A stretch of 63,433 nucleotides of DNA, counting the filler, from Sphacelaria rigidula (Eukaryota): assembly GCA_964200075.2 (NCBI GenBank). It is 11 parts of 11 records of this genome, joined end to end, with 100 filler letters (N's around TTAATTAATTAA, not from the genome) between each part and the next. Parts side by side here need not be neighbours in the genome. Positions count along the whole stretch, not along the records: positions 46,209 to 51,883 come from CAXNAA020025346.1; positions 51,984 to 57,658 come from CAXNAA020025347.1; positions 57,759 to 63,433 come from CAXNAA020025348.1; 8 more parts are not named here. One strand, 5' to 3'. Below the pieces are notes generated by a model that saw only the letters and a list, made by a program, of their open reading frames with translations, had not been told where the DNA came from and ran no database searches. A program made the translations under genes and the position numbers. Of this stretch, positions 47,007 to 58,185 are shown piece by piece. The stretch's first letter is position 1. Every line of letters starts with the position of its first letter.

Positions 47007-48912
47007 CCTATATGTACCGAAATCTTCCGTGGCACATATGTGCGCAAGAGTCTCCGCTCCCACTGCGTTGGCTTCATGCCCTAAAGTAGCATGATTGGCG
47101 TGCAACATCGCGGCGAGAGCAGCCATTGTTCCGGCCGATCGAAGCGTTGGCATGATACGGTCCTCCTCGTAGTCGCCTAGCCGAGAAACCATGCCCCGGA
47201 GATAGCTGAGGCAAACGACCTAGTTCCTCCGATCGGGGCGAGTTTTGAAGTGTCAGTTCGGCGCGGGTGAGGGTTTTGCCTATTATTCAGTCATCCACCG
47301 GAAATTCAGCGTAGTTTCGGGAGTCGGCGTTGCGAAGCAGCGTGGTCTTCCCACCGGGAGACAATCGTTCAGAGTGAAATGTGGAAAACTAGAGACACCT
47401 CGAGTTTGATGTCAGGAAACTGCGACAGGGAACGGGATTCATAAGATCGTGTTGAGAAGCTGGGGATAGTGTGGTGCAACGGCGCCAAGAATGTTTTCCC
47501 ACAGTTCTCTGAGTTCGAATCATGTGAAGGAGTTCTGTACCCAACGTTTGTTGTTCCGGAAGAGATGGAAGTGGGGGAGGGAGGGCGGGGGTTGGATACG
47601 AGTGGAAAAGGGTGGTGGAGGGTATGCAAGACGCCAGTTTCGTCGACACGAATTATGTCTGTCGGGCGCGAAGGAGTAACATGTAGCTCTGTGCCCAGAG
47701 AAGACACACTACGAATGCATCAACTCGCACCAGCGAGGAAACTCACCTCTTGACGGTCCCCCAAATCCCCCCTGTGGTTCATCTCTTCTATTCTTCCGGG
47801 ATCCTGCGCGGCTTCGTTGATGACCTGCGGTTCGAGCAACAAGTACGCGCGTTCGCCGGCGAAGGTTCGGACAAGAGGCACGTGAGCGATTGCACCGTGC
47901 AAATTCTGCAGTGCTGTCTGTCCCCGGAACAGTCGAAGCGATGCGATACCCGACTGGAATCCTTGACAGTCGCCCGACGTTGGTGAATGCACCCTTATTC
48001 AGCGCTCTTTCGGGTCCCTGCTGCGGGACCCATGAGGCTAGATTTATGCAGTATTATTACCAAATAATTGAACGTGTTCACAGGGCTACCACACGAGGTA
48101 TCTCTCGTGCTTGCAAACACATCCGGGGTACACTGCTGTCCTACTTCGAAGCTCGATGGTCGGGTCGGGTGTCTCCCCATTCGCTCACCCCCGTGATATA
48201 TTGAACTAGCAGAGGTATGTCGGTGGTCTGGAGAGCCTCAATATGGCTCCACGCGTTGCGTAAGACGATCCCCATCCCCTTTTCGAACGAGTCCAAACTC
48301 TGGCGTACCTATGAACGGAAAATTGAGGCGACGGGAGGTAGTTCTGTGGAGTTATATCTTGTTTACAAAGTCGTCAGTTAAGAAACAAATGCGGTGCAAG
48401 AAAGTCCGGCTCTCCAACGGTATCACAGAAAGTTATCTTTGTGGCGTCACGTTGCCGATCAGCCCACCACAGACATTTATGTTGTATTGTGTGGCCTTCA
48501 CGTCAGTAAACTCTGTTCAAATGCGATGCCAAGAATATAGTGTCCTGCACATGTAGCACGTCTAAAAGTTACCGAAGGCTTCTCGTCGACCACGTCTGAC
48601 TCCCGCCTCATTCGATCGAAGTCCCTCCACTCCACCAGATTCCGAAGACAGACGTTAAGTTTTCCATCCTCCAGGACGTACCGCAGAGCCAACTCCTTGA
48701 GGAAACGAAACGCACACGTCGGTGCGTTGAGTGGCGACACAAGCACACGAACACGCAGAGTTGCCATCGTATCTTGCAACGCATGTGGAACGAAAAAAAG
48801 GCAATACGCAACCGGCTACTCAAATTGCTGGTCCCCTTACCTCTCCCTCCCACAGTGTCTTCCCGCCGACTTGCTTCCGTTCTCCCTTTTGACATTCTTT
48901 GGCCAGTTTAGC
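47007..48912 (-). CDS. Partial multi-exon gene, uncharacterised helical protein
   Basis: Five phase-0 exons: 48912-48841, 48695-48573, 48308-48189, 47824-47747 and 47219-47007. They read AKLAKECQKGERKQVGGKTLWEGE|ELALRYVLEDGKLNVCLRNLVEW...|VRQSLDSFEKGMGIVLRNAWSHIEALQTTDIPLLVQYITG|VINEAAQ...GDRQE|VVCLSYLRGMVSRLGDYEEDRIMP...EDFGTYR. Confidence 0.8.
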
Positions 48913-49893
48913 CTGCGGCAGGTTTTATGTTGAGATAAACTTTGAGCCGATGGTATCTCGTGCAAAATGCATGTAGTTAGTAAAGGCGATACGTTCGTGA
49001 TCATGACATAGGCGACGATTTATTTTCTTCCCTAACTCGCCTATGGACACAGCAACGTGCCATCTCTCCTTCCTGCCTGTGCTGTACAAGTCCTCCTTCG
49101 CATGCCATATCCAACGTTGACGCGCTCCGCGGCTGATTGGAAATATGGACTCATAAAATACTGTGAAGAAGCGACAAGTCCTCGACAGTCTCTTACTACA
49201 GTTCACCCCTTCTAATCGTTGTATAGGATGGTGTTCACATTACTCCTTCCCTCCTGCTGAACCCCTTCGCGCGTTTTTGTGACGAGGGGAGATTTTCTCC
49301 GCAGGTTAGCGGTGAGTATATTCCTGCGACAAAAATTTGCGCAGAAGATGTCGTGCGTGACTTTTCTTTTTCGACTCTGCGTCCTTGTTCTCTCATCAGT
49401 ATGTGGTAGTTTTGTTCCTCATTTGACATCGGCGGATTTCGGTAGATCGCGGTGATCAGGGCGTGATTACTCGGGGACGTTCTGGACACTGAGCAGATGT
49501 AGTCATCTCTTGGGGTCGGTAATCCACACAAAAAAGTAGTGTTGAGTCCTCGACAGACGTTGTTGTGTTTATTCCTTTTATAGGGAAAGTATCCACAATA
49601 CGGTCTCTCGATACACACGTGATCACTTCGAGTCCACTGGTAGTTGACATTGTCGAAGTTGGGTGACATTCAAGTGTACGTGACTGCGTTCCTCCGAAAC
49701 GTGCTTGAAGCGCTGAAAAAATGAAATGGAGTGTGCTGTGCAAAATACCACCCCCCTTCGTGAACCTCGACGTACTCCACTATCGTAATGATGACCAAGG
49801 GGCACACGAAATGTTGTGCTTGAATATATCTATGAGCTTTGGCGCAACTCAGCAGGCGTTGTTTCTTCAAAAAAAACCACATGAAGAGCGTTG

Positions 49894-50337
49894 AACACGG
49901 AATCTTACAAATTGGGGACGGATCTTTTATTGGGGATGAGAAACCCGGAGAATTAAACACTTCGTATCCACACCAAATCTTCGAAATATGGTTTCATTTC
50001 TTCACCTACTGATAGCTATTGACAACTGCTACACGCCATAGAAATTTGGATTTTAATCACCGTAATGTTGGGGTCCTAGGTGAAAAAACCAATTTCGGAA
50101 CAATTTTGGCGTTCGTTCGGACACCCGGAATTCCCCTACATTGGTTTTTCACCTAGGATCGCAACATTTCGGTGATCGAAGTCCAATTTTCTATGGCGTG
50201 TTGCAGTGTCAATAGCTATCAGTAGGTGAAGAAATGTAAGCATATTTCGAAGATTTGGTGCGGATACGATGATTTTAATTCTCTGGGTTTCTCATCCCCA
50301 ATAAAAGATCCATTCCGAATTTGTAAGATCCCGTGTT
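49894..50337. mobile_element. Long-TIR palindromic MITE
   Basis: ~200-bp inverted arms (aacacggaatcttacaaatt...ggtgaaaaaaccaat / attggtttttcacc...ttgtaagatcccgtgtt) around a ~45-bp spacer. Confidence 0.85.
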
Positions 50338-50973
50338 GTTGGCAGTTAAGAGGGGGAAGGGGTAAGCATTAGTGAAATCACCTCAGCCTCCGATATTTCT
50401 GCTATTCTGCCCAGGGTGCTCGCCATCTTGCACCACGACTCGGAGAGGAGAGGAAACGTGCCCTGCGCGGTATACGTGACCAGTTTCGGCGTCGAATGAG
50501 CTTGGAGTGCAGTAGCGAAGCGACTCTTGCACCGGAAGGGCCTAAAGGAGGGCCTGTTTCTTGCCAGCACTACCCGGTAGCCTAACATCCCTAGAACTAT
50601 TCTATGAGAAGGGAGCGCGAATTGCGGCCGGAAGCAACGGGGCCCGTAGGTGGGTGTGATGTACAACGACACACTCGTGTTTATGTGCCTTTTTCAAGGG
50701 TGAAGCGTCGTCAAGCTAGCGAGTCATCACTAAATATTGACATCGAGGCCATGTCCGAGTTCTGCTCACTGGCTCGAGCAATGTCTCACAGTGGCTTGGG
50801 CTACCATGTGACTGATGACTGAGGTAGCCCCCCCCCGTTGATTCTACCCTCGTGCCTCCGATGAGAAAATGGCCGCTGTTTGCGCAAACGATTTCATTTC
50901 ACGCATCGCAACACTGGAGCGTAGACAGCAAACAGCCAGCCAGCGTGGTCGAAAATGACTCTCAACGCTTTGA

Positions 50974-51390
50974 ACACGGGACTTTACAAATTGGCAAATT
51001 GGCGATGGATTATTTATTGGGGATGAGAACCCGGAGAATTAAAATCTTCGTATCCACACCAAATCTTCGAAACATGGTTCCATTTCTTCACTTGCTGGTA
51101 GCTATTGACAACTACTACACGCCATACAAATTTGGATTTCGGTAATCGAAATGTCGGGGTCCTAGGTGAAAAACCATTTTTGAGGGATTCAGGTGATCCG
51201 ATCGGACGCTGAAATTGGTCTTTCACCTAGGACCCCGACATTTCGGGGATCGAAATCCAAATTTGTATGGCGTGTAGTAGTTGTCAATAGCTAACAGTAA
51301 GTGAAGAAATGGAAGCACACTTCGAAGATTTGGTGTGGATACCAAGATTTTAATTATCCGGGTTTTCATCCCCAATGAAAAATCCATTTT
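50974..51390. mobile_element. Second copy of the long-TIR MITE
   Basis: Same arms as 49894-50337 with a different spacer. Single arms also occur at about 51550-51726 and about 45818-45975. Confidence 0.8.
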
Positions 51391-51883
51391 GAAAAAAAAG
51401 TGTTTTTACTGGTGCTTGAGGGCCAGATATGGCTACTTGACGAGTAAAAAATATGATCATCAATCAAGCGCGGATTCGTCCGGTCGCACGCCATGGTACG
51501 AGGAGACAGTACCCCACTCTACCACAGCACACAACAGCGGATAACCCATTTTTAGGATGGAGCTTTTCACTGAGGATGAAAACCCGGAGAACTCAAATCT
51601 TCGCATCCACATTAATCCCTTCGAGATATGGCTCCATCCCTTCATCTGCTGGTAGCTATCGACAACTGCTACACGCTGTACAAATCTGAATCCCGATTAC
51701 CGAAATTTGGGGGTCCTAGGTGAAAAAAAGGACAATGGCCCACAAGAAGTGCACCGTCTCGTATTTTGCCTAAAAAAAGTACGAAAAATAACCAGAAACG
51801 CGAAAACAGCAAACCACACAATCTGCACAGATTTCGCTCCGAAATTTTGACGCACAGAAATCGGGGGGCTCCTCGGCACCCGG

Positions 51884-51983
51884 NNNNNNNNNNNNNNNNN
51901 NNNNNNNNNNNNNNNNNNNNNNNNNNNTTAATTAATTAANNNNNNNNNNNNNNNNNNNNNNNNNNNNNNNNNNNNNNNNNNNN
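51884..51983. other. Artificial scaffold spacer
   Basis: N44-TTAATTAATTAA-N44. Confidence 0.97.
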
Positions 51984-52622
51984 TTATTATTATTATTATT
52001 ATTGCTATTACTATTATTATTACTACTATTATTATTACTACTATTATTATAATTATAGTAATTACATTTTGTATGAAGCGCGGTCGATCCTGGTGCAAAC
52101 ATAAAAAATGTCGCCCCAGACCGCTCAATGTTTCCAGTTGGGGCCTGAAATTTTCTAAGCGTGGTTTGTAAGAAACTTGCCGACACATTCAAAGTCTGAC
52201 CCGTTTTTCTTTCCCCGCCGAGATCCGACCAAACCATGTTTTTTAATGGATGGAAAGAATAGTGAAGGAACCCGGAGGAAAAATTACCAAAATGAAGCAA
52301 AAGGGGGTCAGGTTTTGGATGTGTCGACGAGTTGTTTCGCGAGTCACGGATTGAACTTTCAAGTCCAAATACGAAAAATTGAGCGGTGCGAGGTGGCAAT
52401 GGCTTTCACGTCGGTTTCTAGGCTGGCCCAGCTTGTACGAATATCTACAAAGGTGGACATAGCTTAAACGGGGTGATAAGAAAGGGTGTCCATATCGGTA
52501 GGGGGCAGGTGTGCGCCTAAATTCCACTCCATGCAGTATGCCACTGTACGTAGCGGCGGGAAAAGCTCGAGAGCCCGGCGCCAATGTTTCATGATGTTCA
52601 GCGATTTCGTGTGATGGGCCAG

Positions 52623-54728
52623 GTGAACGAGATGCAGGAAGATTGGTCGAAGGAGGAAGAGGCTGCGAAGAAGGAGCTAGACGCGCGCATAAAGGTCGGT
52701 GTATGCTGTGATGAATATAGCGGGTAGCCCTCGGAATGGCATGCGATGCAACGTGCAGCAGCTACTAAAAGTGTACTACTCTGTTGGTTACTAACACGCG
52801 TATGTATATATTGAGGCCGTGTCTTAACAAATTAGTTTTCGGTCGAAATTGTGCTGTGGAAAACAAAAATCCCAATCTGATGGGTCGTAATTTCAACCAT
52901 CTTCAAAATGTTCGACGATGGTTGAAATTACGATCTATCAGATCGGGATTTTTGTTTTTCGCCGCACATTTTCGATCGAAAACTAATATACTAAGACACG
53001 CCCTGAGGTTTCGGCAGCGGACACGACACGATCAAGAAACCCTTGATGGACGCATTGAAAAAGACTCGTACGATCTCAACGAGTGATTCTTGCTCGCCGA
53101 TTGTCACAAAATAACCGTCTGCGTTGCATATTGAAAAACTTGCGTGAGAGGCGTGATCTTACGTAGTATGTACGATAAGGGGACTGACTCTCTTGTTGGC
53201 GGTGCATTTTTTCACGTCTGCCGGATTTCCTCCCCTCCCGGCTTCTCCGTAAAAGACACTGCAAAGAAATTCCGACGCTACAACTCGTACACTTCCGGAG
53301 AATTTTGTAGCCGGTCTTCAGTTTATCTATTGCCAGCCTGATTGAGAAATCTACTCGCAATTTTTTTAAGAAAAGGTTTTGGAATCCGACGATGTCGGAG
53401 ATTTCGGTGGGGGGGGAAATAGACCTGTTATCAATACCCCCGAGTGTTCTCGAAGTAATTCCCCGTAGTCGGTGTCGAGCTGGTCGAGAAGAAACGAGGG
53501 CAGCTCTCACTGGCAAGGGCCTCGCGACAAGCATGCATCTGACGTACCTTCAGCCGGAACCGTCATAGTTTCCAACCGGTGGGCGATACCGTGTACACTG
53601 TAATTGAACGGCGTTTCGTGAACAACATTCGCTTTCTCTCCGACAACTGTGACACATTTCTGCTGCACACGTAGGGGGTCGCCATGCAGTACGACTTCAA
53701 GAGCAGCACAAGGGGACAAAATACAGTGCCACGTTTAACCCGATGACCTGCCTTCCGACACATACCACCTTCGCCACTAGCGCCTCAGAAAATCAAGAAC
53801 GCAATGGGTTAGTAAACTTCCGATGAATAAGAGTCGCCCGGCGACTAGACTAACTTGGCCTACGGTCAGTTTTTACCCGGGCTTTGGTGCGTCTCATCAT
53901 TCACTCCATGGTTCATCAACTACCGTAAGTGTGGCGTCGTCTCGCTTCCCTCCTGAACAGGACGAAAATCGACTGGCAGCCTTGCAGAAGGCAGAGAACG
54001 CAGCCAAACAGAAAGATCTGGAGAGGGAGGCCGATGCCGCAGAGCTGCGCTACAGGTATGGGTCGAATACCGCCCGTCTGTCACAGCACCGACGATAATG
54101 TAGCAGCCCTAAGTCGTGTGCGTGCGGGTTCTGGCATTAGTCCTGGGATGGTCCATGTCGCGGTCCTGCGTCATCCAAAACACACGCGAGGGGAGCGAAC
54201 GCGGTGCATCTGCTATGCCGAAAGAACATCGTATGCGCTTGCTGTGCTTCGGTGCGCTTTTGCCGGGGCGTACAGAGATCACTTCCTTCGCGAGAGCGAT
54301 GGGGATCATCCTGAAGGTGCTAGGGTGGGCTTTGTGGGCATGACGAATCAGCAGAAGGAAGAGCTATATAAGGTAAAAGAAAAAAGACTGTGTCTTGGTC
54401 ATTCATGGCGGAGGGCTGTGACAAGTGCAAGTGCGAAACGACCGCACGCACACTTGTTGCGGCAGAGAGGTTGATGCGTCGTCATTCGCTCACGCCCTGG
54501 ATGATGACGATACATGACATCGTCAAAAAGTGTACTGCGTACAGCATCCACTATTGCGTCTGTTGCAACTAGACAATATATTATGTACTGTACATACACA
54601 CTACACCTTTTGCCACATATTATCTCCAGGGTTTGCATTCGTTCTCTCTAATTAGGGTGTCGCTAGTACCACGCTTTTCGTCTTCGTATATAGCGACACC
54701 GAGCATCAAATGAGTACGCCCCCCCCCC

Positions 54729-54766
<38 letters not shown>

Positions 54767-55608
54767 ACCACCCCACACCACAACCCTCTGCACGGCACGA
54801 GCCAGCGNNNNNNNNNNGGGGGCGGTTGTCCCCCCGTTTTCGTTTTCTTTATAACCCCCCACCAGCAACAAAATGCGACCCCCCCCCCCCCCCCCCCCGC
54901 AACTTCAAATGTCAACAATATACTATTTACCTAGGCTGCAAGGGGTCGTACGCGATGTACTCGATGTATCAGTGCATACACCGTAGCGAACTGTAGCTAG
55001 GCAGCACAAGGGTGAACTCTGCAAGCAATCTGAAGCCATTACCGCCGTTGGGATAAAAACCACTACCGCGTTTTCGGGGTGCTACTTCACGTGAAGCACC
55101 GACCTGATCCCAAAGTTCCAACTTCGCCATTAGGTCACAGTAATTAATCCTCGAAAACACGCTTCCTCCAACACCTCCTTCCCTGGGCGCATGTCGGGCT
55201 TCCCGGGTGACGATGTGCTTAAGAGCAATGCTGAAACGGTGAAACAGAGGGCGGAGAAGGCCAAGCAACAAAGGGAGGAAGAAGCCAACTGGAACTTCGA
55301 GCAGCAGCGCATGCGCGCGGTAGTGGATCAGTCGAACAGGGACGAGCACAGGAGGGTGAGGATACTTGCTGCTGGGAACTCTACTCGTACAGTAGACAAG
55401 CAACACGGGGTACCGTAGGCACGCTGTTTGGCAACCAATCAATGTTTGTACCTCGACGCAGGTGCACTGGCGATACTCGTAGCCATTATTCCTCCTGTAC
55501 ACGCTTTCACTTACTGTACTACATCCAGGTCAAGGACACCGAAGCTTCCATACGGAGGGATCTGCAGGCGCAGCAGCTAGAGAGAACACAGCGGAACATG
55601 AGGGAGAG
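52623..55608 (+). CDS. RIB43A-like coiled-coil flagellar protein (partial)
   Basis: Phase-compatible exons 52623-52694, 53961-54055, 54276-54372, 55224-55355 and 55529-55608. They read VNEMQEDWSKEEEAAKK...|DENRLAALQK...LRYR|DHFLRESD...RVGFVGMTNQQKEELYK|SNAETVKQRAEKAKQQREEEANWNFEQQRMR...|VKDTEAS. The FLxE...FxGMTxxQ...EExxW pattern resembles RIB43A. Confidence 0.7.
52815..53003. mobile_element. PIF/Harbinger (Tourist)-like palindromic MITE, intronic
   Basis: TGA|GGCCGTGTCTTA...TAAGACACGCCC|TGA, with ~87-bp inverted arms and a 3-bp TSD at 52812-52814 and 53004-53006. Confidence 0.8.
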
Positions 55609-57658
55609 GTGAGAATTTACGAGATTGTCGTCTGCACGTTCATGTTACAACTTGCATTTTGGCCCCGATTCGCAATCCAGCGTGATTCTTGGACACCAGT
55701 TAGGCAGTGTCAGTCTTACGTAAGGTCAGGTTCCACTTGAAAGACACACGAATACCCTTGGCGTGATTTAACGCATATGTGTACGCACTCAGTAATGTAT
55801 TCGGGCAGAACCACGCAAGGATCTCAGATTTCTGTCCGCATTGCTGGGTGGCATTGAAGCCGGCGCTCGACTGTGGCAATATTGGCACACTCAACTCATT
55901 CAATCAGTAACGTCTCCCCCAACCATCTCTCCACCTCTGTTCGGACATGGACCTGATTTAAGATCGCGCTGTGTAAAAAAAACAATAAAAAATAGAAGAG
56001 GAAAAATACGAGAAAATTCGAAGAGGTTTTTCGAAAGTGTTCACTCCGTGAGATATATGACATACGCTTGACAAAAGTTAAGCTGATGACAGAAAAAAAG
56101 TGTTTTATAAACCGATCGAAATCCCCTAAACTCTTGGGAAGACACGCTCTTGGGAAGTCACGCCTTCCTGTTACGTGTTATTGTCCCTGTGGGATATGGT
56201 GGGCTGCGTACACGTTGCTCTCTTTCTGCAGTCACTGTGCGAGTCTTTCACAGCTCCATTTATCGGAGAGATAGGTTGATCCCTGGAGACCACAGACTCG
56301 TCCCGAGGAAGGGGAGAGGTGTAGAGTATGACAAATAAAATTATAAACTAGAAAAATAATGTTGGGACGAGGGTGCAATATTCAGTATCAACGTGCCCAT
56401 GGAACGCGTGATCTACGGAGATCTACTCGAGCGTCACCCTGGTACTTACTGTGTGGGAAGTCAATCCATCGTGCCTCACGTCTGAGCCTTTCAATACCAC
56501 ACAACCAAGTTACGGGACAGTACAGTACCGTAGCGTTGCAGTGCGATACTCAAAAGAGAACAGTACACACGGACGACGAGCGCACGAGAGAACAAGGAAC
56601 GTTTGGAGCTAACATAACCACCCCAAATCGACCAATCGGCCTCCCCCTTGTGGCCTTGCTTTCCCCTACCCTTATCCTGTGAACGGCACGTGATCAATGG
56701 GCTTCCAGTGTAGACACGCAACGTATTCGTATACTGCATCGTAGCGCCCCGATAGTGAAAAACGCGTCGATAGGAAACACGGGTGAATTTTCGAGGTTTA
56801 TGAAAGAAGCAGGGTGCACGAAATCGGGCCGAGCTATCGTTGGCCCTGCAGCAATTATTCCTCTTTTTTTAACGCAGCAAGACAGACAGTCCTGGAAACG
56901 CATGCGTTTGTCAGCGTTACGTTCATTGTCGGCAGGTGTGTCTAATGAATTTAACCCTTGAGTTCGCGTGTGGTACTGTACTGTCCCATCTATTGTGTGA
57001 CTAAAAAAAAAGTAAATATTCGAAAGTGTCAACTTCTGTGAGATATATGCGCTGAAAAAGTTGAGCTGACAAAAAGACTCGTCTCTGAGACTCTCCAAAA
57101 ATGCGTGCATCATGTGGTGAGGGACAGAGAGTCAATGGAAATGAGGTTCAAGACTGGGCCCAAGGTGGCTGGCTTGTCGTGTTTTTCATCCTTCGATCGC
57201 CAGGTAGGGTGGATCATCTCGATCTTACATCCATTATCATTATTCAGGTGAAAATAGTGTCGATTTAAGATATGACCCTGGCAGTCAAGGGGCTGGCTAC
57301 CCCCTTAAGCGCCCACAGCCAGTTGGCTGATCTGACAGTCCCGCCAATTCGTGGAGGAAGGCGATAGGCGAGGCGTAAATAGTTGCGAATCGGTCGTCCA
57401 GGTGCTTGACAGATTTAATCCACACCCTGGACAAGAGATTATATTGTCTACTATACGCAGTACACTTTTGAATAATGTATTCTATTGTCCAGAGTGTGAT
57501 TTATTCCCAATGATACTATTGACCAATAGAATGGCAGCCTATCTCGCTCGGCTGAGAGGGGATCGCAACCTACCTGAGGTGGTTGAGATAGCCGCTTGTG
57601 TGTGTGTGTGTGTGTGTGTGTCGTCCCATCTATTCTGGACGCCGGTCTACACCTTTCG

Positions 57659-57758
57659 NNNNNNNNNNNNNNNNNNNNNNNNNNNNNNNNNNNNNNNNNN
57701 NNTTAATTAATTAANNNNNNNNNNNNNNNNNNNNNNNNNNNNNNNNNNNNNNNNNNNN
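57659..57758. other. Artificial scaffold spacer
   Basis: N44-TTAATTAATTAA-N44. Confidence 0.97.
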
Positions 57759-57835
57759 GTGGGGGATGCTCCCACTAAAACCCCCTATCAACTTGGCGCA
57801 GTACACGCGCCGCCCTGCTCCTGAGAGCTTCGCAA

Positions 57836-58185
57836 ACTTTGCACGAATACACTACTCAACATTATGAAACGTCCAAGTGACGGGGCCTTCCGGTTCCATA
57901 GTATTTTCGCCAGTTATCGGGGGTCCCAGAAGGGCATGCGATCCGCCCATATTCCTCGAACTCCTTGTTCACTCGAATCAAGAAGCTAGGGGTTTGCACA
58001 TATCAGCTCACTTGAACGCACCAAAACCAAAATGTCCACGCCGATTCTTGGAGCTACATTCTGAAACTTTGCACACATCCGCAATTCAACATTATAACAC
58101 GTGTCAGTGATGGGGCCTGTACATTTCCTCATTTTTGGCGGTTATCGGGGGTCCCAGAAGGGGATGTGATCCGCCCATATTCCCC
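57836..58185. repeat. Direct repeat, ~120-bp block with ~230-bp period
   Basis: actttgcac...caacattat...gttatcgggggtcccagaaggg...gatccgcccatattcc at about 57836-57955 and about 58066-58185. Confidence 0.75.

Noticed and set aside
54718..54900. Poly-Pro/poly-Gly ORFs
   Set aside because: C homopolymers around a 10-N gap (54808-54817); low-quality sequence.
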